Source: Felis catus
Taxonomy: Eukaryota
Direction of reading: 5' to 3'
Length of the DNA: 64,000 bases
Assembly: GCF_018350175.1 (NCBI RefSeq)
Contig: NC_058368.1
Location: forward strand, 176,020,001 to 176,084,000
In this document: piece by piece, positions 34,196 to 46,328 of the stretch
Layout: each line of letters starts with the position of its first letter
How positions within the stretch are numbered: the stretch's first letter is position 1
Made by a program: the position numbers and the translations under genes
The notes under the pieces: model-generated
Databases searched by the model: none
Told to the model about the DNA's origin: nothing
The model's input: only the letters and a program-made list of their open reading frames with translations

Positions 34196-36282
34196 GTAAG
34201 TGCGAGCGCCCCCGAGGCGGAGAGCTGCGGGGAGACAACACCGCGCACCCACGCAGCGCACCCCGGGCGCTTTGCTGGTTAGTGAGCGCCCACCTAGGGC
34301 AGCGCAAACTCTTGGGGTGGCGCGGGACATGCAAAGGAAAGCGCGAGGCGAGGCGAGACTCGGTCCGCGCCCGGCTCCGCGCGCCGGGAATCCGCACGTG
34401 CTGGCAGGGTGATGAAATGGCTGGGGCAGGACTTGTTGCTGTCCTCCCCGGGGTCGAGGGCAAAAGAGGCAGCATCTGACCAGGCCACTGCCGGCCCCAG
34501 AGTCTCCGTTCCGGCGAGAGCTCCCTGTTCCATCCGGGCCGCCCCTCGGGAGGCACCGAGGGTCCCCGGAGCCGGCCTGCGCCCCGCACCCGGGGAACTC
34601 TTCCGAGCCGGCTGGCCGCGACGGGACCACTCCCCACCCCACCCCCTCCTCAAAAGATGCCCGACACCCGAGAACTTTGTAGGCCAGACCGATTACATTG
34701 CGAACTTTCCCCTTGGGGGCAATGCTTTCCGGGGAGGGGTGAGGGGAGGTGGCTCAAAGCGTACCTCTGAGGTGCTGCCGCCTTCTCCCGCTCCAGGGCA
34801 GGTCAGCAGGCGAAGAAATGGTGACACGGCCCGAACTGTGCGCCGCCGCTGCTCAACCGGCTCTCAGCTCACCCGCATGCTGCCGAGCAGAGCCAGGCGT
34901 GCAGGGCACGGGGCTGGCCCTTTTCCCAGCTCCTGAGAGAGAAAGAAAATCTGCCTGCAGCTCCTTCGCTCGGCGCACCGCCCCCCCCCCCACCTTTATG
35001 TGGGGGTCTGAAACCCAGCTACAGCGTGCGTGCGCTCACCGCACGAGCAAGAATGCACGAGTGCCCATTAGGGACGCCCGCAGCGAGTGAATCGCCGCCC
35101 CGCGCGCTCCTGCCCGGCGCGCCGGGGCCGCGCGTGGGATCATCCGGGAGTCTCCCACCTCCACGCGCGAGCGCCCGCACCCCCCGCCGGCGCGGGGTTC
35201 ACCCTAGGACCCGCGCCCACCCTTCCCCCTCTCCGGTGCTTTCCCTGAGAACTGAACGTGATTCTCGGTAGTTGGTGACCTCAACAAATACACGCCCCTC
35301 ATTCTCTCGGTAGATTTAATCTGAATGCGGATTATCTACTCCGACCCCGCCCTTCTTCCAAAATATACTTTTCTGATGTAATTTTGTGGTTGGCTTAAAT
35401 CAGTGAATTGGGTAGGGGGGAGGGACGGAAGAGAGGCTTTTACGTGCGGCAGCCTGACAGTTAACTCCCTCAGTCTCTCCTTTTGGAGAGATGAATTAGG
35501 GCCACGTTCTGCGAAGGAGGGCGGCAAACTCCCCGGTCGCGGGAATTCTAGGCGATTAAGTGATATCTCACACCGGATCTCTATTTAAAAGGAGCCTCTA
35601 ACTGCGACGTTTGCGTTTCTGCAGGCTAGCCCCCATCTGACTCGATTCCTGAGCCTTCTCGCAACCGCAGCTTCCCTAGCCTGGTATTTTTAATGCTGAT
35701 GGTTTGGAGGCGCTGCCTTAATAGGAATTTTGTTTTGATTTTTAGGTGTTGAATCATAAAGCTGAATTGAAACTGCTCTTTGGACGCTGGCATTTGGGGG
35801 TCAGGAAGGAAATGGCTGTGATTTAACAGCAGCAGCTTCAAGTTCCAAGTAGAGAAGGGTATTTCATTGATGAAGTACAGAAGGAAGAGAGCAAGCTAAT
35901 CATTTAAAATCTTATTTTTGTGTGTGGGTTTAGGAAGCTGAAATACCTTCTGCTTTCAAACTAAGTATTTCCACAAATACTTTAAGAAGATGGAAAGGAT
36001 GAAAAGTGGAGTGCTCAGACCTAACTTCTGATTGTGATTTTTGTAATGTAGGTTTGGCTAATTTTTTACAGATACAGTATTTACAAGTAGTGACATTTCC
36101 ATAAGTAGATTAAATGATGAAATTTTCTTGCCCTGGCTTTTTAGATCCCAAAATAGTCATTTCTAACTTTATCTTCTTAAATTTTCTTTTAGTCATTACT
36201 AACTTTTCTTTCAGCCGACCTCTCTGCATTCCCCAGCACGGCTGAGAATTTTGTATACATTTGTATGTAATTCTCATTTTAG

Positions 36283-36425
36283 CGGAAATCCAGCACTGTT
36301 TGGTCAACGCTGGCGATGTGGGGTGTGGTGTGTTTGAATGTTTCGAGAACAACTCTTGTGAGATTCGAGGCTTACATGGGATTTGCATGACTTTTCTGCA
36401 CAACGCTGGAAAATTTGATGCCCAG
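36283..36425 (+). CDS. STC2: STC2 exon 2 (143 nt; absent from the + strand ORF track)
   Basis: Acceptor ctcattttag|; (A)EIQHCLVNAGDVGCGVFECFENNSCEIRGLHGICMTFLHNAGKFDAQ; donor CAG|GTAAAA. Confidence 0.99.
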
Positions 36426-38941
36426 GTAAAAACCACATAGAGCACAAAATGTTTTAGGTTGGCATCACACGATTGAAATGTTCATTGGAAGGACTTGTGA
36501 ACAGATTTCCGTGGCTGATCCTCGTGGTGTGTTTTAACGTTTGCAAGAGACATTCTTGGTGCACAGCAGGATGCCAGTCTCTCCCCAGTCCACTCATGGG
36601 ACTCTTCTCTCCTGAACTGTCAGGGGGGGTGGCGAAACCCTTCTCCACTCTTAAGCTGTGTCTACACAGGCAGAGCGGGACGGAGAGCAAGTTGAACAAT
36701 CATCTAAGTATTCTTAACAGAGAGCACAAAAGTCACAACAAATAATAAACATCTTGTAAGGGGACACACTATGTCTGGCCACCCAGAACTCGGTCTGCAA
36801 GGCCCATCACATTAGAAACAGGTTCGGGGAGGGAAGGGCAGCGACTCCAATTATACATTCCAAGACTTGTTCTCACCTTTTCAGAAAGAATAAACGGGAC
36901 ACGAACTTTGTAGAAACTCATCATCTCCAATGGGTGTGTGAGCAGGCAACATGGATAATTTGGAGCCTCCAGAATAACAGACTTATTCTTCCTAAGTAGC
37001 AGACCCTCCTCTCCTAACCTGAAAACACTGAATGAGCTCTAGTCTACAGAGTCCTCTAATAAGGCCTAATGCAATCCAGCTACCCCAGAATCCCCAGGGT
37101 AGGAAACAAAGCCTAATTGCTGCTCAGGGTAGGGCAAGAACCCAACAAGCCATCTTATGGTCCCAGTGCTGACAATCCAAATACATTTCAGGTGGCAGAT
37201 GGCCTTGGGCTCACCTTCTTCACGTTCTCCCCAACCCGTATATGCACTCTGAAGCTCCCCCCCCCCCACCACCCCCGTTGCTCTCTCTCATCAACTTCCT
37301 CTCCCACTGCATTGGAGAGTGGGAGACAATGTTTGGATGAGGCCAACAGTTTAGGTGTGATTTATGAATGTCACCAGTCATCATCTACTGACATCCTGTA
37401 GAGAGCCTGACAAAGCAATGCCTGGGAACCAGAAAGGGATGCGACGGGCCTGGCAACCTACCCTACAGAGGATGTGGGGTGGCAGGAGGGGAAACAGAAG
37501 CCAGGGAAGGAAAGAGTAGAACGTTTGAACTCCTCGAGGCTCCCTAATAAAGGATCCCTTCTGGATTAACTGGAATTAGGAAACGTAATAGGAAATCCGG
37601 AGGAAAGATGTGTACCGAAGGGCAATCCCACAGGATGTTGGGGAAGAATACCCAAACAGATTGCCGCAGCCCTCAGACAAATTAATCTTCCTTTTTCTCT
37701 CAACCAACAGGAGTTATGTTCTCAAGTGCGGAGCATCCCTTTCAAGCTGGTTCTCAGCATGTAACTACTTCATAGACCGGCACACCCTAGCCTCCATCCT
37801 ATTTGGCTCCCACTGGAAAGTCAGAGCAAAAGGGGCCTCAGGGAGGTAGCTCTTCAGTGATGAGCCACTGTCTGTAGCCATTTCAGTTGCTTCTAAAGGA
37901 AGAACTGAAATAAACGTGCTGGCTGGCTTCCCGCTTCCAACCTAACCCCATTTACTTTCTCAACTCAGTTACTTTCAGGCCTGGCTAAAAACAGAGGGGT
38001 GACCTCTCCAACGACAGCTTGTTTCTATAGTGACGGGGGAATGGGGATCCCTAGGTAGGCATCCCAGAATGCCTCCCTGCCCTGAGAGGTTGATAAGGGA
38101 CCTAACGCCCCAGCTTGCCTCCACACCCCCAACAGCTGTCTCCTTTCTAGGATAAGAACAATCTAATGGGGTTGCCAGGAAAGAGAACTGTGGGCCAGAT
38201 GTATGCCTGGCTGCCTTAGCCACTCAGAGGCAGGGAGTGTGGGGGAGGGGCTGTCAGTTGGGCAGTTCAGACTCCAGATGCTGCCAGGCAATGTGCCAGG
38301 CGGGCCTTTTAGAGGCAATAATCCTAACAGTTTAAAGGAGTCGAATCATTTTCAAAAAGGAAAAGAATGCTCCTCCTTAAAGGATAGGAGGAGACAAGGG
38401 TATGGGTTGGGGGCGGTGGGAGGCGCTGAGACAGGAAAAGGAGGCACAGATAGCACCCAATCTTGATGTCATTCGTGGAACAGGAGGAAAAGGCAGTGAT
38501 GTGAGAGTGGGATGAGCAGACACCTTCTACTTGGGGAAAACTCTTGCTGGGAGCTCTGGATTTGCATCTGGCCAAACTCCCCTTGTGTTCCAGAAAGGTT
38601 ACCGCCAAGCCGCCAACACTGAGCTGCCTTGAGGACAGATGGCCACGGCAGCCCCGGGACAAGGGAAACTAGGCGAGCAGCTGGGGAGGAAGGAGGCAGA
38701 TTTGTTAAGTCTCCCGGTGACATCCTTCTTGGCCAAATGCCGGAGGTATCGTGTCACTCGAGACATACCTCCCGATGCAGCGTCAGCCCGTCACCTGCGT
38801 GGACGTCAGCGTGAGGCAGGGCCTTAAGGTTCAGTTGTCACAAAGACCCCGTGTAAGCCCAAGAAGGGCGGACGTCTAAGCTTATAACGAGGACTTGTCT
38901 TTTCTGCCCCACTCTGTCTTCTCTGTCCTCTCTGTTCCCAG

Positions 38942-39153
38942 GGCAAGTCATTTATCAAAGAGGCCTTGAAGTGCAAGGCCCATGCTCTGCGGCACAGATT
39001 CGGCTGCATAAGCCGGAAGTGCCCAGCCATTAAGGAAATGGTGTTCCAGTTACAACGGGAGTGCTACCTCAAACACGATCTGTGCTCTGCCGCCCAGGAG
39101 AACACCCGAGTCATGGTGGAGATGATTCACTTCAAGGACTTGCTGCTGCACGA
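38942..39153 (+). CDS. STC2: STC2 exon 3 (212 nt)
   Basis: Long pyrimidine tract plus cccag|; GKSFIKEALKCKAHALRHRFGCISRKCPAIKEMVFQLQRECYLKHDLCSAAQENTRVMVEMIHFKDLLLH; donor GA|GTGAGT. Confidence 0.99.
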
Positions 39154-39948
39154 GTGAGTGCCACCCCCATGGGGGCCATGGGGAGAAGGGGCCCCGCTCC
39201 ACTGGCTGGTGTTAGAGGCGTTCCAAGGGGCTTGTTGCTGGAGGCCGAACTCCCGTCAGACGGGAAAGGTTGCGCTGTACCTCAGAAAGCCGCACTGACT
39301 CCCCTGGGAGTCCCTTTCCTGCTGGCCTTCAGGAAAAGCGAAAGAACTTTCCACCATTGGCTTCACAAGCATAAGCAACAGCAACAGAAAACATTTTACT
39401 AAGCACAAAATGTGTAAGATTCAGAAATACGGCTTCGCCTTCCCCTCAGCCCAGATCCCAACAGTTCTGAATACTCCAAGTGGCCATGAACGTGCCCCTG
39501 AGCACTCGTAACAGTTGTTGGCCGTTTACTGAGTGCCAGGCATTGTGCTCAGGTGTTCACACGCCCCTCTTCCTGGATCCTCACAGAAGCTCTGCGAGCT
39601 AGGCGTCATTCTCCTCTCCATTTTATAGATGAGAAAACGGACTCACTGAGGCGAAGGTCACACAGACAGTGAGAGGCAAAGTCAGGCAGTCCTGCTCCAC
39701 AATCTTACATGCCAAAAGCTGACAGCAATAGCTTTTTTTTTTTTTTTCCCCTGCCTCCGTAGCCCTCTTTCCTCCAAAGGTCCATTTCACCTTCCCTAAC
39801 ACATGAATGCCCTCCCACAGGAAACTTTCACAAGACCAATGTCAAAAACTTACCAGCTAAACACCTTTAGGCCAGAGTGGGTAAATATGAGCTCACCTAT
39901 TTAAAGACTTGCAATGTAGTAATAACCCCAGGACATCTTAGTCCTTAA

Positions 39949-39949
39949 A

Positions 39950-39998
<49 letters not shown>
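39949..39998. repeat. Compound (TA)n(CA)n microsatellite in intron 3
   Basis: Directly visible. Confidence 0.9.
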
Positions 39999-42900
39999 TA
40001 TCCCATCGATGGGATCCTAAACTTTGCAAAGTGATAAAGCACGTGGTACACAGTAGCTCCTGACATGAAGCATGGGCGGTGGCTTACGATGGCTCCTGCC
40101 TCAGCAACTTAGGGCACCGCTGGTCTCTATCTGCACAATTTTATGAAATCTCGCTCCTTCGTTGGTGCCATGGCCTTCCCCAAGCCATGTCACTAAGCAG
40201 ACTGCTCCCCACCCGACCCACACCACTTGGGTCACAGAGGCCAACCATCACCCGTCACTTTCCATCAGGGTATGAGGCTGTAGGTATCTTGCAACACCCT
40301 GCTGCGAATTATAAGATTCGCCGTGAATCTCTGCAGGCAGCTCTTGCCAGGAGCAAAAGGAAGCTGCCTTTTCCTTAGTCACACTAACATCCACTAAAAT
40401 ATCTATCATTCTTCCAAATACCCGTAAGGAAACAAAGCAACAGCAGCTTCCACAACAATAACAATAATGATAATAGCTATCATTTTGTGAGTGGGCCAGG
40501 CCCCTGGCCAGGGAATTTACCTGGACTGTCTCATGCACCTTTCCCAACAGGGCTGGAAGATAGAGATTACTATCCCCATTTAATAGAGGAGGAAAGGGAA
40601 ACTAAGAGATTAAAGATCCTGCTCTGAGGTTTGATCCCTACTTGCCAGCTTGGGAACTGACAATATATATGACTAAAGCTGATTATCAGGAATAGACATC
40701 AAACCTCCTTGCTCCTGACCTTCTCTGTCCCCATTAGACCTGCTAAAGGCTCACTGGCCCCCAGATGTAGCAGAGGTTTCTCCCTTTTCCCAAATACACC
40801 CCATTTCACAAAGAGAGCACTGTGAAATTCCCTTCCTTCGAGTTGCCTCTGGAAGAGGCAAATGTCCCATGGCTGAGAGAGTCCTGAAGCTCCTTTGTCC
40901 TCAGTCCACTGTCATCCACTATAGATAGTTTGGCCTCAAGAATGGATGATGCGCACTAGTTTATAAGTCAATAATGCATTCCTGGAGTGCAAGGAGACTT
41001 TGCCTTTTTCAAGATTGGAGAAAAATCTTCTTTGGGAAAACTGAAGGTTTCGGAGGGGGTTTTTGTTTGTTTTTTGGTGTTTTGTTTTGTTTTGTTTTTT
41101 GTTCCCCCCTAGAATTTAAGAAGGAGGAAAGCCCTGTGGCTTTATTGGTGCCTCCTCCATGGAAATATAGCCTATGGGGGCATGAGATTTTTACTTCCGA
41201 AGGACTCCTTGGACATTTAGAATGAACATATAGCCCCCCACCCCAGCCCACTCTGGGAATGCAGGTGGCTCACCCTGTGAGCCCGGGCCTCTTTTGAGAA
41301 CACTCACTGTGCCTGCACACAAGTCCTCTTCCCTCTTGCTAAGCCAGGACCTCCAAAAGTGGGTCTCACCTAACCCCAACTCCCCACAGAACCCCCCCCC
41401 CCGCCCCACTACCTGCCCTTCTGAAGCCATGACTATGCACTGCATCAACTTGAACTTCAGGCTGAATTGACTGAGTTGTGCTTTAACTATCTTAACCGAT
41501 TTGGGCACAAAGGATCCTGTCAGTCCCCAATTATCAAGAAGACCATTTAAGAACGTGTGGCATTGGTCACAGATAACAAAATGAGAACTGAATTTGCTTT
41601 TCATTTTAGTGAAGAGGAAATCACAGTCACTCCAGAATCCACATCACCCCCATTCCTCAACCCAACCCCCATCCACCCCAAAACACTCATGTTTGGTTGA
41701 AGCGGCTCCCTTCAAGCTCTCTGCTTCCCTCTGTTCCTCTCACCCCTTCCCGCCCCACTTTCTCCATATCAACTGCCTTGGCTACCACACGCCCTGTCAC
41801 TGGGTGCTGGCAGCCTCCGGGCACATCCCCCTCCAAGTATTTTTTAAAATCCTTTAGCCTTGCTGACACCCAGTTCAGAAAGCTGGGCTTTGTCATTAGA
41901 CACGGGCTGAGTTTGCAGCCTGAGAAGGCACCACGCCAGCTCGAAACACGGCTTAGATTAACACACACCCCTCCCCATGGCTCACAGCTTTCTCCTCGGG
42001 AGAGGGTGCCAAGGGCAGGAGAGAGTGTGGGCTAGTCCAGCCTTCTCGGATCCGCCTTGGGGTTCTGAGAGCTCATCTGGCAGGCAGACTGCCCTGGCAA
42101 AGGAGGCCAGGAGGCAGCCTATACATCCCCAAGAGAGCCCTCCCCTTACCCTGGGGCAAGAGAACTCGGAGAGCGCGGGGCTAGTCCCAAAAGAGAGAGA
42201 GTCTCAGCCCCTACAATTTGCTCATCCAGCCCCAGAGGGTGGCAGGTGCAATCAGGTGCTAAAATCCTGATGCTGTGGTAGCAGATACATTCCATGACCT
42301 TGAGCTCCCTCAGGCAATCAGTTGCTAGTTGTCAAAAGATGGAAGGAAACAAACATGCACTGAACATTTCTTCTGTGTTGCCCCCTCCCCTCCTCTGTTA
42401 GCCCGAGGAGTGTTATCGCTGTCCTTGTCACTCTTAGGGGCCTGCCTTAGAGAGTTTAAGCACCCTGTCCATCAGCCATGCACAGACTCTCTGACTCCAA
42501 AGGCATCAAGTAGGCCTTAAAAGGCAGCTTGATCTCTATCAGCCAGAACATTCCTCTTCTCTGCTCTCAGCCCAGCTCTAGGCCTTCCCAGCCCAGAAGC
42601 TTCCAAAAACTACTTTCTCCTCTCCCCCCATCGCCCCCCCCCACCAGCCATCTCCATTTTTACATCTATGACATGAGGACAGTTCAATCAACTACAACTT
42701 GAGGACTAATTCATAAAAATGGCAGTAAACTACTTCACAAGTCCTAAAACACAATCTGCTCTTCGTGCCTAGCAGCAACTGTCAGCTTGCAAAGAAAAGA
42801 TGATGTGAGCTAAAATGCAGCCACCCAGGTGGCCCAGGCTCACAGAGGGGAAAAAAGTCTTGCCCCTTCTTATAAATGATCTCCCGTTCCAGAGTGATTT

Positions 42901-44177
42901 TCCTGCCCCGGATGATGGCCCAGAGCTGCACAATGCTCATGGTCAGATATACCCAGAAATACTGCTAGCCAGGGACTGCTTGAGAATGCTAGTTAGCCAC
43001 ATGAAACACTCCATACCCGCCTCGGGGATTCTAAAAGGCCAGTGAGATGTAAGAAAGGTTCAGTGAGTGGGCCATGAGAGCCCATTGCTGGGGCCGCCTC
43101 TTACCAGATAAGCCCATAAAAGCAGACACACCGTGTCCGCCTTCGGCACACAACTCCCACCCCATGTTGGCATGATGCGGCCGTTCTTCCTCCAGCACTT
43201 TTCCTAAAGAACAACCCAGGGCAGCTGGATGGCCTGAGCAATGCTCTCCCCTCCAGAACCGGGTGTGTTTATCTCACAGGCGGCTGGCGCTCATTCCAAC
43301 ACACAGGCACCTTGCAGCCAGCCCTCACCTCGAGTTCCAGGCAAGCCGAGGTGGGAAGAGTAGAGATGCTTGGATAGCCACTCCCCTTCCTCAACCTTTA
43401 CTACCAGGAAAGGGAAGATCCCAGGGTGGCCGTCTGCCTCCCACCCTTCTCCACCGATCTCAGACTCTTCCAGGTACAGATGGAATTGCATCCAGCACCT
43501 TCCAAAAACACCCTTCTTCATCATGAGCCTAAACCAGGGGCAGACACAGACATGGGAGATTGGCTTCTTGGGAGTCTCACTTAAGGCTTAAGGCTTACCC
43601 AGGAGAGTGGCACCAAGTGCAAAGCCAGCCGGCCCCACCTGACACCATGCTGCAAGAGGGCGATGGGGAGCTCCCCAGCCCCAATTTTGATGGCTTCTCC
43701 TCCCCTGCCAAAAAAGAGTCCTCGGTTTGGTATTTCAGACCCTTCACCATTTGCCTAAGTATTATTCCACTGGCCCCCAAGACACTTCACTGCTCCTCCT
43801 GCTAAAAAGCAGACCCTAAGCATGACCTGTGCTCCTTTTCAACATTCACACAGCCGCCCTACCTGGCATTCTCACCCACCTTCCCCAGAGGCTCTTCCTT
43901 TTATTGTATGCACCTGTAAATTGCCACTGGCCCTTTTCCTGATGGTAGGCCCCGTCACCAGCCTCTCTCTCTCTCCAATGCCTGGCGTGGAGCCTGGTAC
44001 GTAATGGCTACCTAGTAAATGGTAGTTGGAGGCCAGCACTCCAGAGGATATGTATAAAAGCTGGAGGCCATTCCAGAAAGCATTTTCACCAAATGAAACC
44101 CAAGCGAGGCATTGGCTGTATCTCTCTTGCCTGTGTCACCGCTGCCCTCTGTGGCCCATTCGGGACTGGTTCCATTC

Positions 44178-44181
<4 letters not shown>

Positions 44182-44219
<38 letters not shown>
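44182..44219. repeat. (TC)19 microsatellite in the exon 4 acceptor polypyrimidine tract
   Basis: Perfect dinucleotide run ending 17 nt before the exon start. Confidence 0.95.
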
Positions 44220-44221
<2 letters not shown>

Positions 44222-44236
44222 GCTTTCAATCTCTAG

Positions 44237-44639
44237 ACCCTACGTGGACCTGGTGAACCTACTGCTGACCTGTGGGGAGGAGGTGAAGGAGGCCATCACC
44301 CACAGCGTTCAGGCTCAGTGTGAGCAGAACTGGGGAAGCCTGTGCTCCATCTTGAGTTTCTGCACCTCAGCCATCCAGAGGCCTCCCACGGTGCCCCCTG
44401 AGCGCCAGCTCCAGGTGGACAGAGCCAAGCTCTCTAGGGCCCACCACGGAGACACAGGTCACCACCTCTCGGAAGCCAGTAGTCGGGAGACGGGCCGAGG
44501 TGTCAAGGGTGAGCGGGGTAGCAAAAGCCACCCAAACGCTCATGCCCGGGGCAGAGCAGCCGGCCACGGGGGCCAGGGAACTTCTGGAAGCAGCGAGTGG
44601 GAGGAGGAACAGTCTGAATACTCCGATATCCGGAGGTGA
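44237..44639 (+). CDS. STC2: STC2 exon 4 coding part (403 nt, ends TGA)
   Basis: Acceptor ctctag|; (E)PYVDLVNLLLTCGEEVKEAITHSVQAQCEQNWGSLCSILSFC...EQSEYSDIRR*. Confidence 0.99.
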
Positions 44640-45367
44640 AACGAAAGGCTTGGCCGGGAAATCTTTCCTCCATGCCGTCCATTTTCTTCTCTATGGACAT
44701 TCCAGAACATTTGCCATTAAAGAGGGGGGATGTCACACGCAGGATTTGGTGGGGATTGCGGACTTGATGAAGGCGTGTGCTAGCGGAACGAACAGGTGAG
44801 GCGGAGACGGCCTGGGCAGCGGCGAGGTCTCGGCTGTGCCCGGTGGGTTCCACACTTGCACATCCTGAAGTGAGCGTGCCTCGCAGCCTCCTTGCAACTT
44901 TGTCTTCTTTCCAACCGTGGAGCCACTGGGCAGCGGCCTGCGGTTTGCTCTGCTGTGGGGGAGGTGGGCCAGGGAAGGGCAGGGGTCGGCAGGCCCCCCA
45001 GCTAGACCTCGCACTTGGTGCTGGGCCCCGGCCCGCATCTTCCGGTGCTGTCTTGGCAGAGGGCGGCTGGATTCGGATGCAGGGGTGAATGTAAAAATCG
45101 AGCTGGGAGTCAGAAGGGTGGAGAGGAGACAGGGCCGTGTGGGTGCTTGGTGCCGAACGGAAGTTCCGTTTCTTGCATGGGACCTTGAGGTTTAGAGCTG
45201 CTTGGGACGGGGAGGGCAAGGGTTCTACGTGTAAGTTCTGAGCCATTGTTCTGTCTGGGGGACCATGTCCGAGGGAGTGGCCCCTGTGTGTTTGTATATT
45301 AACCACTGCTTCAAATCTCTATTTCACTTTTTTATTTATCCAGTTACATCTACATACCTGTCGTCTA

Positions 45368-45405
45368 AATAAATGGCTTTCAAACAAAGCAACTGGGTCA
45401 TTAAA
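45368..45405 (+). terminator. STC2: Proximal polyadenylation signals (AATAAA 45368, ATTAAA 45400)
   Basis: Hexamers preceded by U-rich sequence; U-rich tract downstream near 45452-45470. Confidence 0.55.
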
Positions 45406-46100
45406 ACCAGCTCAAAGGAAAAAGAAATACAGCCCATCTTTGGGGGCTGCGTTTTTTTTTTTTTTTCTTTTGAGTGATATTTTAAAAGGAATCAAAGAAC
45501 GGTGTACCTGTACATCTAACTGCCTGGCGTGGGCTTCTAGCCACTTAGGGCAGACCACACACCCGGAGGAAAATGCACACACGAGGAGTACCTTTGGCAG
45601 GTTTTCTTTACCATTTTGTTACCTCTCCTTGACCCTCAGCCCAGATCGATAAAGCCCTGTACCCGATGCCATGAGGCCAAGTTGGAAACGTGGCTTCTGG
45701 GTTTAGAGCATGGAAAGGTGGAGAAGAGAACCAGAGACTGTGATTTCCCGCGAGCAATGCTGAGCTTTTTTACATAAATGGAGGAGACCGCCAGGAAGCA
45801 CTGAGAGACAGGATTTTCCAGACCCGGACTGGAAATTTAGCAACGAAGAAAAGAGTCCGAGTGGACAAAAGAAAGACAGAGCGGAGGGACAGAAGTAAAA
45901 TTCTAAGGCAAGGAGGGAGAGGATTATAATAGAGGGTCAGCGCTGGGGTTCTTGTGATCGTTCAAAATGTTCCATAGATAGGCCCTTTCTTTCCCACTGG
46001 GTTATCACATTAAAGCTTATCCTTTCTTGCAGCCAGTACTCAAATAGAAGGCCAGTATTACAAAGAATAGACGGGTGTTCTGGGCCAGCTCCTTCTAGAG

Positions 46101-46328
46101 CAACGGTCAGCAAACTCTTTCTGTAAAAGTCCAGATAGTAAGTACACTATTTTCAGTTTGGTGGGTCATGTGGTTTCTGTCCCAAAGACTCAACTCTGCC
46201 ATTATAGCATGAAAGCAGGCATACAGAGACAACACATAACAAAAGGGGTTTGGCTCCACTCCGGTAAAATTACATTTAACAGGTGCCCAACCGGATTTGG
46301 CTCTTGGGCCTGAGTGTTCTGACCCCCG
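46101..46328 (+). mobile_element. MER58A-like hAT MITE inside the STC2 3'UTR
   Basis: Ends caacggtcagcaaact / ttctgacccccg; 8-bp TSD ttctagag / ttctagtg. Confidence 0.8.

Larger units (their letters stand above)
33460..35250. promoter_or_regulatory. STC2: Proximal CpG island spanning the STC2 promoter, exon 1 and 5' intron 1
   Basis: High CpG density; GC box 33688-33698; inverted CCAAT near 33730. Confidence 0.85.
34045..44639 (+). other. STC2: STC2 coding span; spliced CDS 909 nt, 302-aa secreted glycoprotein stanniocalcin-2 (PAPP-A/PAPP-A2 inhibitor)
   Basis: Exons 151+143+212+403 nt join in frame: MCAERLGQFVTLALVLATFDPVRG...SSEWEEEQSEYSDIRR*. Signal peptide, N73 glycosylation sequon (NNS), C120, C211 and His-rich tail are present. 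Confidence 0.99.

Noticed and set aside
31984..35271. Many overlapping 100-260 aa Arg/Pro/Gly-rich ORFs on both strands
   Set aside because: Expected from stop-codon depletion in CpG islands; only 34045-34195 is coding
44112..44236. N-terminal SLSLSL extension of the ORF-track 175-aa protein
   Set aside because: Intron 3 (TC)n tract read in frame; the true exon starts at 44237
44503..45306. 267-aa antisense ORF over the STC2 3'UTR
   Set aside because: GTG start, GC-rich region, no recognisable protein features
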